Origin: Prevotella sp.
Lineage (GTDB): Bacteria > Bacillota_I > Bacilli_A > ML615J-28 > CAG-313
Direction: 5' to 3'
Length of the DNA stretch: 64,000 bases
Assembly: GCA_023665755.1 (NCBI GenBank)
Contig: JAMPDF010000004.1
Span: 20,456-84,455 of the forward strand
Positions within the stretch are counted from its first letter, which is position 1; each line of letters starts with the position of its first letter. Below, in pieces: positions 22,624 to 32,900 of the stretch. The notes below the pieces were generated by a model. The model worked only from the letters and a program-made list of their open reading frames with translations. It was not told the origin of the DNA and ran no database searches. A program made the translations under genes and the position numbers.

Positions 22624-24715
22624 TTGCTACCTCCGGCAATAAATGAATAACAGATGTTGATTGATATGTTTTGCCATTTCTTTGTACTTTTACTTGGAAT
22701 TGAACATCTACAGGTTGCTTTACTTCTTTGTTATAATAAAGCCCATTGGCACCCTTTATAAACAAATTATCCAATACGGATTCTGTAGAACTATATGTAT
22801 CAGTTGACAAATCATATGTTACACTAGACTGTCCAAAATATTTTTGAAGTAAATATTCCATCCGAATCATTTCTAAAAATTCTTCATAGCGAGCTGTACG
22901 AATCAAATAGCTTGGACATTCTTTACCTTTTGGATCCATATCATGATGACGTTTTACATTATCCATATTAAGATTATACTTTAACATCAAACTTGCAACT
23001 AGTTTAGCGTTATTTGCTAATGTACCTTCATAATTACCATCTTGATTTACACACATTTCAATACCAATACCATTGTTATTTCCTGTACCTCTTGTTGCAG
23101 TACCATCACTTGCATGCCAACAAATGATATTATCTGCAAAACTTTGATAAATACTATAAGCATCTACTTGATAATTCCAAGAAGCCTCACGTCCACCATC
23201 TTGGAAAGCATAACGATATTGCATACTAGCTAAGAATGCTGCATTTTGCCCATTGATAGTCATTGCACTTTCATGAACCACTACCCATAAAACATTATCT
23301 TCATTTGGCATTTGATAGCCTTCATAAAATCTACTATCTAAAGTACTTTGTGGAACAGTTGGTTTATATACTGTACCTAATGTACCAGAACCAAAAAACT
23401 TAGCTACAAAATCAGTTCTTTTTTCATCAATTAAATATTCCTTGTTCACATTGAGTGGTGTAGTTTGGAATAAATTTAATACACCATATGAGTTGATTCT
23501 TTCTTGATAATCTAAATAAAGCTCATCATTGTATTCTTTATGTAAATGATTAATTGAACCTTTTAATTCTATTTTGCTATAAGCATCTAATAAGGCTTGT
23601 AAATATGTATCCTCATCAATCATTCCGCCCACTTGTTTTAAATCAAATTCCATTGTGCTACTACTACCTTCATATTTAATTACACATTTTAAACGTACAT
23701 CGGTTTTTTCCATTGGTGTCAATACCACTTGATCTAAAACAATAAATTCAGGAACATTTGCACTCCATGCTAAATCTGTTTCATATGTATCACAATATAG
23801 TGGCAATGTGCTTTCTTTTCCTTCTGCAAATGCAGTTACCATTTGTTGAACCTCTGTTTTTGCAAGATCTACTCGCTTTAAGCCACTCCAAGCAGATACA
23901 ATTACTTCGGTAGGATATATAATGGCTATTCCATCTTTGATAACATATATATTTAAAATAACAGTTTGATCTCGTTTACCTTGGGTAATTTCACCCTTTG
24001 ATGTCATAATATTTGAATCTAGGCTCTCATATAAAACAGAACATCCATTGTAATCTCTTGTAATCAATGTTACATTTTTATTTAATGCTTTGGCGACTTT
24101 TGTTTGATAATAATTATATGCATAGTCGTAAGCACCTTTAGATACACTCGTTGTTTTTACTGTAATTTGATAATTTCTTTTGTAAGTTGTTCCATCAATT
24201 GTTATTTCGGCAACTAAAATTACCTCTTTATCCGCATCTTGATATACAAGTGTACCATCATCCAATAATACATCGTGGTCAAGCGATGTCCACTTGATAT
24301 CATACGTTTCCAATTGTTTTGGCAAAACAAGCGCTGAAGAAGTCTCTTGAGGAAGTAGGGATTCCAATTGTTGATCAATTAAATCTTTTGAGAAAACTTT
24401 TTGACAAACAGAACAATAACTTCCCTTATCATAAGTAGCATTCACTATCGTATGTCCTAATGCTTCCCCTTCTGTACTATGACACCTATCACAAGTTTTT
24501 GGATTTTCACAATCTGCATCTTTCCAGTTATGTCCAAGAGGAGAACCCTCCGTTGTTTGACATACACTACACATTTTTGCATTTGTACAAGTAGCCTCTA
24601 CCCATGTATGGCCATTTTGTTCACATTCACTTTTTGGCTTATTCTTTTTGCACCCTATTAAAGAAAGTACGCAAAGTAACATAATTATACATAAACCATA
24701 TCCTTTTTTATTCAT
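22613..24715 (-). CDS. Lipoprotein N-acetylmuramoyl-L-alanine amidase (amidase_2/PGRP domain) with an N-terminal Cys-rich repeat module
   Basis: Lipobox LIGC. There are 2.5 repeats of HxW.EATC....C..C..TEG..LGH. The C-terminal amidase_2 region reads WVVVHESAMT...GIGIEMCVNQDG...CPSY. Confidence 0.7.
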   Translation of the reverse strand: MNKKGYGLCIIMLLCVLSLIGCKKNKPKSECEQNGHTWVEATCTNAKMCSVCQTTEGSPLGHNWKDADCENPKTCDRCHSTEGEALGHTIVNATYDKGSYCSVCQKVFSKDLIDQQLESLLPQETSSALVLPKQLETYDIKWTSLDHDVLLDDGTLVYQDADKEVILVAEITIDGTTYKRNYQITVKTTSVSKGAYDYAYNYYQTKVAKALNKNVTLITRDYNGCSVLYESLDSNIMTSKGEITQGKRDQTVILNIYVIKDGIAIIYPTEVIVSAWSGLKRVDLAKTEVQQMVTAFAEGKESTLPLYCDTYETDLAWSANVPEFIVLDQVVLTPMEKTDVRLKCVIKYEGSSSTMEFDLKQVGGMIDEDTYLQALLDAYSKIELKGSINHLHKEYNDELYLDYQERINSYGVLNLFQTTPLNVNKEYLIDEKRTDFVAKFFGSGTLGTVYKPTVPQSTLDSRFYEGYQMPNEDNVLWVVVHESAMTINGQNAAFLASMQYRYAFQDGGREASWNYQVDAYSIYQSFADNIICWHASDGTATRGTGNNNGIGIEMCVNQDGNYEGTLANNAKLVASLMLKYNLNMDNVKRHHDMDPKGKECPSYLIRTARYEEFLEMIRMEYLLQKYFGQSSVTYDLSTDTYSSTESVLDNLFIKGANGLYYNKEVKQPVDVQFQVKVQRNGKTYQSTSVIHLLPEVASEA

Positions 24716-24864
24716 TTTATATTACCTCTTTTCTACCCTCATATTATAACATATTTTTTTGAAAAAGCAAATACCTAAACCAATAATTTTGCCCTTCTTG
24801 TCTAAACAATACATCTTTTTAATAAAAAAACTTTCCCAATAAGGAAAGTTTCGCTAAATCATTT

Positions 24865-26727
24865 TTAATATCTTGGGCCTCCAAATCCCCCTCCTGGACG
24901 ATTGGGACCTACAGCTTTTCCAATTTGATTTAAAATATTTGTCAATGTTACCGACTGATTATTTGCACCTACTGTAATAGTATACGTGTGTTGTAGGATA
25001 AAATCTGGTAAACTCACAATTAAAGATTGAAATTGTTTTTTGGATATTGTTTCAAATAAAATATCACTAGACTCATTTTGAATTTGCACTTTAGTATTGG
25101 CTGACACCATATTCGATAAATTATATGATACAAAACACTGTTCCGAATTTTTAGATGGGGTCTCAACCATTCCTGATGATCCCATAGCAATTACAATTCC
25201 CCCATTTATTAAAATTCCTCTATCTGCATCAATGGCAGCATCTCCATTAGATACTGGTCCATGAACAATTGTAATGCCCCCTGCAAATTCAATTGTACCA
25301 TTACTATCTATCCCATCTCCTAAGGCATCAATTTGAATATTTCCTCCACCAATATATATATTGAAGTCATATTGTGATAAATCTTTGTTTGCAGCATTAA
25401 GTGCATCATCCCTACTAATGATATCAATTCGACCACCATAAATTTCTACTTTGGCACCTTCAATACCTTCATAACATTTAGAAATGGTTATATCTCCAGA
25501 TACTATTTTGGAAACGTATTCTGCATGAATACCATCATCACCACTTTCTATTTCAAATGTACCACTTTGAATAATCAGATTCCCTTTAGAAGAAATCGCA
25601 TCACTATTGCTATTGATTATATATTTCCCACCATCAATGACAAGCATATAGTTATGCTCACATTGAGAAACTAAATCTATTTTAGTAGTATCGGTTACAT
25701 ATTCAATCCCATCTACTTTTATGGCTTTTCCATCCGCATGATCCGATGAATATTCTGTAATAATATCGGGTGCACCTGTATTGGTCGTAATATCAATAAC
25801 TATATCATCATCATTTTCTATATATAAAAATGAATTGGCTGAAATACCATCATCACCAGATACTATTTTCATTCCTGTATTATGAATATAGATATATCCT
25901 TGATAAGGGTCTTTTGTATATATGTCTTTTTCCTCTTCAGTTTCTGCCTCAATTCCTGTTTTTATACCATCTCCTAAAGCATTAATTTCTAAAGTGGCAT
26001 CTGTCAAGTTGATTCTTTCATCTGCTTTTATCCCATTGTTGGGTACATTCATGTGGATTGTTGTACCAAAAATATCTAATTCTTTTTTTACCTTTAAACC
26101 AGTTGTATCTTCACCTTTTGCATTTAAAATCAATTTACCTTTTCCATTGATAACTAAACTTGACTTTTTAGCTTGAATAATGGCTGAGTCTCCATCTATT
26201 TTTGTATCAGCAGAACTATCTGATAAATAATTTAATGTATTTTCTTGAACAGTCAATATTCTCATTCCATCATTTTTTGCAAATACAAGTGGGGCTTGTG
26301 CTTGATTATCTTTAGTTTCAATTGTTACATTATTTAAAATGATTCTTACGTAACTTGGTTTACCAGAAATAGAAATTGCACCACAAAATGTCGAAGTAAA
26401 CATATATACTCCATCTTTGATAATGGTGAATACATCTTCTTGATACGTATAATAATCTGTATTCTCATTTTCTACTAGTTTGGATAAATCTATTTGTATG
26501 GCGTCAGTTGTAGATGTATCTAACAATTCTTCACTTGGATGCAATACCTTTTCTAAATTGACCAAACTATCTTTTTGAATAGTAGATAGATCTGATTTTT
26601 CACCTGTTTGACCACCTCCTAAATGATCAAAATCAGGATTTTCTTGATTCATTTTACATCCTACTAATCCTATCCCCATAAACACTATCAATGCCAAATA
26701 AACTATCTTTCTAAACATTTTTTCCAT
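24865..26727 (-). CDS. Lipoprotein with parallel beta-helix repeats, Cthe_2159-like carbohydrate-binding family
   Basis: Lipobox LVGC. Repeated GDDGI/GDGI(D/K) motifs (GDDGISANS, GDDGIHAEY, GDGIDSNGT) are typical of beta-helix Cthe_2159-type proteins. Family assignment is from memory. Confidence 0.4.
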   Translation of the reverse strand: MEKMFRKIVYLALIVFMGIGLVGCKMNQENPDFDHLGGGQTGEKSDLSTIQKDSLVNLEKVLHPSEELLDTSTTDAIQIDLSKLVENENTDYYTYQEDVFTIIKDGVYMFTSTFCGAISISGKPSYVRIILNNVTIETKDNQAQAPLVFAKNDGMRILTVQENTLNYLSDSSADTKIDGDSAIIQAKKSSLVINGKGKLILNAKGEDTTGLKVKKELDIFGTTIHMNVPNNGIKADERINLTDATLEINALGDGIKTGIEAETEEEKDIYTKDPYQGYIYIHNTGMKIVSGDDGISANSFLYIENDDDIVIDITTNTGAPDIITEYSSDHADGKAIKVDGIEYVTDTTKIDLVSQCEHNYMLVIDGGKYIINSNSDAISSKGNLIIQSGTFEIESGDDGIHAEYVSKIVSGDITISKCYEGIEGAKVEIYGGRIDIISRDDALNAANKDLSQYDFNIYIGGGNIQIDALGDGIDSNGTIEFAGGITIVHGPVSNGDAAIDADRGILINGGIVIAMGSSGMVETPSKNSEQCFVSYNLSNMVSANTKVQIQNESSDILFETISKKQFQSLIVSLPDFILQHTYTITVGANNQSVTLTNILNQIGKAVGPNRPGGGFGGPRY

Positions 26728-26781
26728 TTTATTATCTCCTTATATTCTTGCATATTCATTATACTTTACCATAATGAATTT

Positions 26782-27423
26782 TTACTGAATAAATTTGAGA
26801 ATATCAGAGAATGTTTTAGCAATCATTTCTACACCATGTACTTTCAAAAACGCTTCTCCTCTAAACCCCCAAGCAGCTCCGATACAAGGTAATTGTGCAT
26901 TTTGTGCAGTTAAAACATCTATATCACTATCTCCTACATATACTGTAGTAGCAGGATCTGCTTGAAGTTGTTTCATTGCTAAATCTACCATATCTCTACT
27001 TGGTTTTTTGGCATAACCTGGTTGTTCACCAATCATTACATCCATATACTTACCAAATAAAGGTGTACATATTTCAGTTACCCCTTGTTGATATTTATTC
27101 GAAACAATGGCCATTCGGATACCTTTTGCTTTCAAAACTGCTAATGTTTCAAATACACCTTGATAAGGTGCTGTTTTATTTGTTTTATTTTTTTCATAAT
27201 GGGTTAAAAAGGTTTGGTAAACCGCGTCAAAATTTTTTATATTTTGAGGAAGGGCTCTTTCAATCATAACTCGAATACCACTACCTACAAAAAATTTAAC
27301 CTCTTCATAAGTATGTGTAGCATATCCCTCTTTTGCCAGTGCATAGTTTAAACTATCAGCCAAATCATCTAGTGTATTCAGTAAAGTACCATCTAAGTCA
27401 AAAATAATTGTTGTATATTTCAT
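26782..27423 (-). CDS. HAD-superfamily hydrolase (phosphatase)
   Basis: Motif I FDLDGTLLNT, motif III K, motif IV GDSDIDV. Confidence 0.8.
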   Translation of the reverse strand: MKYTTIIFDLDGTLLNTLDDLADSLNYALAKEGYATHTYEEVKFFVGSGIRVMIERALPQNIKNFDAVYQTFLTHYEKNKTNKTAPYQGVFETLAVLKAKGIRMAIVSNKYQQGVTEICTPLFGKYMDVMIGEQPGYAKKPSRDMVDLAMKQLQADPATTVYVGDSDIDVLTAQNAQLPCIGAAWGFRGEAFLKVHGVEMIAKTFSDILKFIQ

Positions 27424-27431
27424 TTGCCTAC

Positions 27432-28226
27432 CTATTTGAACTTTCTTCTATCATAATCATATTCTGGATCTATTTCACCAAAAAAGCGTCTTCCAGTTTT
27501 CATTGTAGCAATACTTGCTTCCATAAAAACATCTTTATATTTAGATTTACTTAAAGTAGAATTGCTATATCCTTGTTCAATGATTTCTAAATTCAAAAGC
27601 ACGCCATCTACCCAAACAAACCCCAAATATCTACCATATGTTTCTGTTCTAGCCCCTTCTGCTTCTAGAACAATTGTTTTCGCTTCATTTAATCTTGCTT
27701 TGGTATAACGTGATGCTGCAAGACCCCAAGGATCTTCTCCCGCATATACTTCTGGTGTATCTATACCAAGAAAACGAAGTTTAAATGTTTGCCCTGTAAT
27801 GATATCTTCAAAGGTCGCCGTATCACCATCTGTACCATAAACTAACCTAACTTGACCTACTCCATCTTGAATGAAACTCTTTCCTTCCCATTCAAAATCC
27901 ATTTCTAATGTACTAGATAAAGTAGAAGTTAACGGAAGTACAGTAGTATAAATTGATAGATGTTTATCTTTGGGATACGAATCTCCAGCACAATAACCAT
28001 TTCCATATCGAACAAATTGATTTAATTCATCATCACTTTTAATGATTTGTTTCTCAAAATAAAAAGAATAAGTAATATCATAATCTGCTAATTTTTCTAT
28101 AATTTGTTCTCTTGTCATTCCTGTTAAATCAGGTAATATCAATTTAGTAGAATCTACAATACCTGTTGTACATCCTACAAGTAATAAAACTAAACATATA
28201 TATCCTGTTATCCACAATTTTCTCAT
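27432..28226 (-). CDS. Lipoprotein thermonuclease (staphylococcal nuclease/SNase-like)
   Basis: Lipobox LVGC. SNase core reads VRLVYGTDGDTATF...FLGIDTPE...YGRYLGFVWVDG. Confidence 0.75.
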   Translation of the reverse strand: MRKLWITGYICLVLLLVGCTTGIVDSTKLILPDLTGMTREQIIEKLADYDITYSFYFEKQIIKSDDELNQFVRYGNGYCAGDSYPKDKHLSIYTTVLPLTSTLSSTLEMDFEWEGKSFIQDGVGQVRLVYGTDGDTATFEDIITGQTFKLRFLGIDTPEVYAGEDPWGLAASRYTKARLNEAKTIVLEAEGARTETYGRYLGFVWVDGVLLNLEIIEQGYSNSTLSKSKYKDVFMEASIATMKTGRRFFGEIDPEYDYDRRKFK

Positions 28227-28385
28227 TATACTTTCTCCTTTTTGAATTGTATTATATCATACTTTTTTCTTTTTTTCAATCATTACTTCTCCTTGTAAAT
28301 TTTCTATTTACATATAAGTATTGTTTTTTTTTGATTTATTTGTTATAATAAATTGTAATTTTATAAAAACGTATACAAAATTATG

Positions 28386-28431
28386 ATTTGTAATAAAGCT
28401 GTGAAAACATTTTAAGCTCTTTATTACAAAT
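28386..28431. promoter_or_regulatory. 13-bp inverted repeat (atttgtaataaag / ctttattacaaat) containing a WalR-like direct repeat TGTAAT-N5-TGTGAA, about 230 bp upstream of the CHAP hydrolase gene
   Basis: Read from the sequence. One mismatch to the TGTWAH-N5-TGTWAH WalR consensus. No T-run follows. Confidence 0.25.
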
Positions 28432-28644
28432 GTGTCAATATGTTTTGCATGTTTGCTCTATCCATCTAAATAAGCACAAAATTTTATCTAAAAAATTCTA
28501 CTTTTGCACATTGTGATGTTCATCCATTTCAATTTTGTTGCAACGAGTGTAACAAATTAGATAAAATGTATGAATGGTGTAAAACATTTGAACTATGTTT
28601 TCATAGGCATAATAAATAATTTATTAAAAGAAAGGTAGATGAGA

Positions 28645-30378
28645 ATGAAGAAAAGATTATTTTTTATTTTAATGTTTGCGTTATGTATTTGTACAAGTTG
28701 TAAAAAAACACCCCCAAAAAGTGAGTGCGAACAAAATGGTCATACATGGCAAGAAGCTACTTGTACTAGCGCTAGAACGTGTACTATTTGCCAAAAAACA
28801 GATGGTAATGCTCTTGGTCATGATTGGATAGATGCCACTTGTTTTTCACCCAAAACTTGTTCTGTTTGTCATGCAACAGAAGGAACTGCTCTTAATCATA
28901 TTTGGGCAGAGGCTACTTGTACTTTGGCAAAACACTGTACACTATGTAATATGACAGAAGGATTACCGCTTGAACATCAATATACAGAACCTACTTTAGA
29001 TGATCCTGCAACTTGTACTTTGTGCGGACACACTAAAGGAACCCCCTTATCTCCAATTCAATACGATTTGATAATAGACTATATATCCATCGATGAGACT
29101 ACAATGATTTGGATAGATGATTATTTTGAACTCGATCCTTTTGATATCACTTACACTCAAGATAATATTATTCAAATTGATCGTTTTGGCACAATTAAAG
29201 CTCTTCAAGTAGGAAAAACCAAAGTAAAATTTACCTTAAAAGCTAATCCACTTTTGTATTTCGAATTTGATTTCGAAGTTATTCCTAAGATGCCGAGTAT
29301 TTATGTTACTTATGAAAAAATGACCATTGGCGATAGTACTCATATTTATTTTAGAGATAAATCTATGTGCATTGACGATTACGATATTACATTTTCTAAT
29401 CATTCTTTAGTACTAAAACCCGACTTATCAATTGAAGCTGTTCAATATGGTTCTAGTAAGATTACTATTACATCTAAACTAGATCAACGGTTAACCGCAA
29501 CTTGCGAAGTATCTGTTGTTAATAAAGATAGCTTTTTATTACTATATGCGGAAAACAAGACAGAATCAGTTCCTGCTGGTGAAAGATTTAGAATGTCTAA
29601 TTCTTTCAATTTGTCTAATGATAATTTGGTATGGATTAGTTCTAATAAAGAGGTTGCTGTAGTATCGGATAAAGGCGTTATTACCACAAAATCAGAAGGA
29701 TACACTATTATTAGTGTTTATGATAAAAACAACATCAATGATAAATCCAAAAAAACTAACTTTTATCTAGATGTGACTGGTTCTATTGAAGTCGATTATT
29801 TAAGTCGGTTTATCCTAACCGCTCTTGAAGAAAACGGGACAGAGGAAGTTGGAAATAACATTCAAAAATATGGTGAATGGTATCCGAACAATGGTCAACC
29901 TTGGTGTGCAATGTTTGTATCTTGGTGTTGGAATCAAGCAGGTTTATCCACAGATATTTTGTGTAAGTATCAAGGATGTACTGCAGGTATGAAATGGTGT
30001 ACTGAAAATGGTATTATGCATTACGTTCAAGATTTCCGCTTTAGCGAACCATTAGAACAAGGGGCTTCACAAAATCAATATAAAGAAGATTATAAACCTG
30101 TAACAGGAGACATTGTGTTCTTCTTAAGTAGCGGAATGTCTCATACTGGCATTTGTATTTATGCAGACGATACCTATCTATATACCATTGAGGGCAATAC
30201 TTCAGATCGTGTGGCCATTAAGAGATGGTCTTTACAAGATGCTAGAATTACTGGTTACGCTCATCCAAAATATCCTGAATATAGTGGTGTTCGAGAAGAT
30301 TTTAGTTGGATTAAAGAACTCAAAAACGATGGTACTTACTGGTGGACAAATGTTTCTGAACAACAAAAAGTAGATTAA
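28645..30378 (+). CDS. Lipoprotein peptidoglycan hydrolase: Cys-rich repeat module, two Big_2-like Ig domains, then a C-terminal CHAP domain
   Basis: Lipobox CTSC. Four repeats of HxW.EATC....C..C..TEG..L. The CHAP catalytic Cys/His context is GQPWCAMFVSWCW...SHTGICIY. Confidence 0.7.
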   Translation: MKKRLFFILMFALCICTSCKKTPPKSECEQNGHTWQEATCTSARTCTICQKTDGNALGHDWIDATCFSPKTCSVCHATEGTALNHIWAEATCTLAKHCTLCNMTEGLPLEHQYTEPTLDDPATCTLCGHTKGTPLSPIQYDLIIDYISIDETTMIWIDDYFELDPFDITYTQDNIIQIDRFGTIKALQVGKTKVKFTLKANPLLYFEFDFEVIPKMPSIYVTYEKMTIGDSTHIYFRDKSMCIDDYDITFSNHSLVLKPDLSIEAVQYGSSKITITSKLDQRLTATCEVSVVNKDSFLLLYAENKTESVPAGERFRMSNSFNLSNDNLVWISSNKEVAVVSDKGVITTKSEGYTIISVYDKNNINDKSKKTNFYLDVTGSIEVDYLSRFILTALEENGTEEVGNNIQKYGEWYPNNGQPWCAMFVSWCWNQAGLSTDILCKYQGCTAGMKWCTENGIMHYVQDFRFSEPLEQGASQNQYKEDYKPVTGDIVFFLSSGMSHTGICIYADDTYLYTIEGNTSDRVAIKRWSLQDARITGYAHPKYPEYSGVREDFSWIKELKNDGTYWWTNVSEQQKVD

Positions 30379-30382
30379 AATG

Positions 30383-30415
30383 AAAAGATAAAGCGAGTTG
30401 CTTTATCTTTTTTTA
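30383..30415 (+). terminator. Rho-independent terminator (gataaagcgagttgctttatc + T7)
   Basis: 8-bp stem and a U-run right after the CHAP gene stop. Confidence 0.7.
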
Positions 30416-30454
30416 GAATTGGTATATAATGTTAGCGTTTGAAAAAACATATAT

Positions 30455-30536
30455 ATCCTAATGGGGAGCATCTGCTGAGAGGTTATTTAGTTAACGACCC
30501 AAAACCTGATCTAGGTAATGCTAGCGTAGGGAAACA
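30455..30536 (+). promoter_or_regulatory. TPP (thiamine pyrophosphate) riboswitch, THI element
   Basis: UGGGGAGC...CUGAGAGG...AACCUGAUCUAGGUAAUGCUAGCGUAGGGAA matches the THI-box consensus (CUGAGA and ACCUGAUCUGGAUAAUGCCAGCGUAGGGAA). A hairpin atgcaaatt..aatttgcat follows as the expression platform. Confidence 0.85.
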
Positions 30537-30625
30537 TGCAAATTTTCATTTTGTTGAATTTGCATATCTTAGCAATGTTCTTTGGATAAAACCAAAGAAT
30601 TTTTTTGTTAATAGGAGGTTTTATA

Positions 30626-31207
30626 ATGAAACATATTTTTGGTTTTACTGTAAGAGATATAGCTGAAATTGCTATATTATGTGCTATCGCTGTAGTACTA
30701 GACAAATTTGTGAAATTGTCTATTGGTGCAACAGGTGGATCTATCAATATTGCCATGGTACCACTTTTTATTATTGCTTTAAGACATGGCTGGTTTAAAG
30801 GCTTAATTGCTGGAGGACTCGTTTATGGTCTTATTAGTTGTTTATTAGATGGATACGGCCTAATTACTTATCCACTAGAATATCTTGTTGCTTTTGGATC
30901 AGTTGCAATTACTGGTTTAGTGGCAAAATGGATTAATCAATTCTATTTGAATAAAACTACAAAAAGTGTTATACTATCTTTCTTATGTTTAATCGGTTCT
31001 ATGCTTGCTGCATTTATCATTCGTTTCATCTGTGGTTCAATAGACTCTGTTCTTCTTTACGATTATACTTGGTCAGCTGCTTTTGTTTACAATGCCCCAT
31101 ACGTATTTATATCTGGTGCTGCCGTAGCAGTAATTATGTGTCTTCTTTTACCTAGTATTGTTTTACTAAATCGTGAATATCCTACTCAATATTTAAAAGG
31201 TGAATAG
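30626..31207 (+). CDS. thiT: ECF-transporter substrate-specific (S) component, probable thiamine transporter
   Basis: About 190 aa with 6 TM, typical of ECF S components, and directly downstream of the TPP riboswitch. RBS AGGAGG precedes ATG 30626. Confidence 0.6.
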   Translation: MKHIFGFTVRDIAEIAILCAIAVVLDKFVKLSIGATGGSINIAMVPLFIIALRHGWFKGLIAGGLVYGLISCLLDGYGLITYPLEYLVAFGSVAITGLVAKWINQFYLNKTTKSVILSFLCLIGSMLAAFIIRFICGSIDSVLLYDYTWSAAFVYNAPYVFISGAAVAVIMCLLLPSIVLLNREYPTQYLKGE

Positions 31208-31261
31208 TTTTGTTTATGATATAAAATGACTGTACAATATGTACAGTCATTTTTTCTTTTT

Positions 31262-32740
31262 TTATGCATCTATTTTGGTTTCTTCAAATGGTTTTGTTTC
31301 TTTAGTTTGTTCTGGTTGTGTATTTTTATCTTGTTTTACTTGAGTAACTAATTTCCCACCTAAATATCCAGCAAGAATAGATTTAATATCAATACCTAAC
31401 GTTTGTTCTAAACTTTGTATCAATTGGGATCCATTACTAGTAACTTCTTTGGCTAATTTTGCTGTATTCCCTTCTCCATACATTGTAATCGAACCAATTT
31501 GACCATATGCTTCAGCAAGAGGTTCTGAATAAGCCTTGACAACGTCTGGTAATACACCCGAATTTAAAATCAATTCAAGGACGGATGCTTCACCCATCTT
31601 CTTCATAGCCTCAGCCTTTTTCTCAATAGCTTCAGCCTCTGCTTCACCTTTTGCAAGTATACCGGCTGCTTCTTGTTCTGCTGCATATCTAGATGCCTCA
31701 GATTGTGCTTTTAACGCATAAGCACGTTGTTCTTCTTCATAGCGAGATGCTTCTGCTGCTTTTTGTCGTTTAAATAATTCTGCTTGAGCAATTTGTTCTG
31801 CTGCATATTTTTCTGCATCTGCTGTTTTCTTGATTTGAGCTTCTAATTGGCGTTCTTGAAGTTCGACTTCTTTTTGTCCAAGTTCGACTTCCCTTTCACG
31901 CTTAGCAATATCTGCATTTACTTTTGCAACATTGATTTCTTGTTGACGTTTTTGCTCTTCGATGGAATAGGCCGCATCTGCTGTTGCTCTTGCTGTATCA
32001 GTTTTCATTTTTAACTCTGCTTGACGAAGAGCAAGACTTGTATTTTGTTCAACAATAAGCGTTTCTGCATCTATTCTAGCCTTATTTGCTGTTTCGTTTG
32101 CTTCTGACTGTGCAATGGCAACATCTCGTTCAGCTTGGGCTCTTGCTATACTTGCATTTTTTGAAATTTGTGCAATATTATCTACACCAAGATTTTCAAT
32201 TACACGATTATCATCAATAAAATTTTGGATAGTTAAATTAATGATTTGAAGTCCCATTCTTGCCATATCTTGTGTTGCATTTTCTTTTACTTTTTCTGCA
32301 AATAAATCACGATTATGAACCAAATCCTCTAATTTCATTTGCCCAATGATTTCACGCATATTTCCTTCTAAAACTTCTTTTGCAATAGAACGAATGCCAT
32401 CTAAGTTTTGTTGTAAGAAAATTTGTGATGCTTTTGAAAGCGCCTCAGGTTCTGAATCAATTTTAATATTAGCAACACCATCTACAAAAATATTAATAAA
32501 TTCTTTTGTTGGCACTGCATTAGATGTTTTAATATCCACTTGGATTAAACTAAGTGGTATTTTATCTACTCTTTCTAGTCCTGGGAATCGAAATCCTGCT
32601 CGACCAATTAATACTCTTTGTTTGAATGGGCCTGTAATAATAAAAGCAGTATCCGGTGGTGCTTTTACATACGATATGCCAATTAAAATTAGCACAATGA
32701 GTACTATGGCAGCAATAATAATATAAGTTATGTAGTCCAT
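31262..32740 (-). CDS. Flotillin-like protein (SPFH/band-7 family, FloT/YuaG-like)
   Basis: N-terminal TM, SPFH domain, and a long Ala/Glu-rich coiled coil (EA-repeat flotillin region); 492 aa. Confidence 0.8.
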   Translation of the reverse strand: MDYITYIIIAAIVLIVLILIGISYVKAPPDTAFIITGPFKQRVLIGRAGFRFPGLERVDKIPLSLIQVDIKTSNAVPTKEFINIFVDGVANIKIDSEPEALSKASQIFLQQNLDGIRSIAKEVLEGNMREIIGQMKLEDLVHNRDLFAEKVKENATQDMARMGLQIINLTIQNFIDDNRVIENLGVDNIAQISKNASIARAQAERDVAIAQSEANETANKARIDAETLIVEQNTSLALRQAELKMKTDTARATADAAYSIEEQKRQQEINVAKVNADIAKREREVELGQKEVELQERQLEAQIKKTADAEKYAAEQIAQAELFKRQKAAEASRYEEEQRAYALKAQSEASRYAAEQEAAGILAKGEAEAEAIEKKAEAMKKMGEASVLELILNSGVLPDVVKAYSEPLAEAYGQIGSITMYGEGNTAKLAKEVTSNGSQLIQSLEQTLGIDIKSILAGYLGGKLVTQVKQDKNTQPEQTKETKPFEETKIDA

Positions 32741-32900
32741 TTTATTTTCTCCTTTTCTTTAATCTACACTTATATTATACAATATTTGTAAAAATATGTC
32801 AATGTATTTTTATGTATTTTTTGTATTTTTCTTCTAAATCCTATTATTCATAAATATAAATAATAAAAAGATTGCTAAATAAAAGCAATCTTTTTTCATT

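Noticed and set aside
30439-30756. Small ORFs (75 and 81 aa) over the TPP riboswitch region
   Set aside because: They overlap a clearly structured non-coding riboswitch and the 5' end of the thiT-like gene, so they are artefactual frames.
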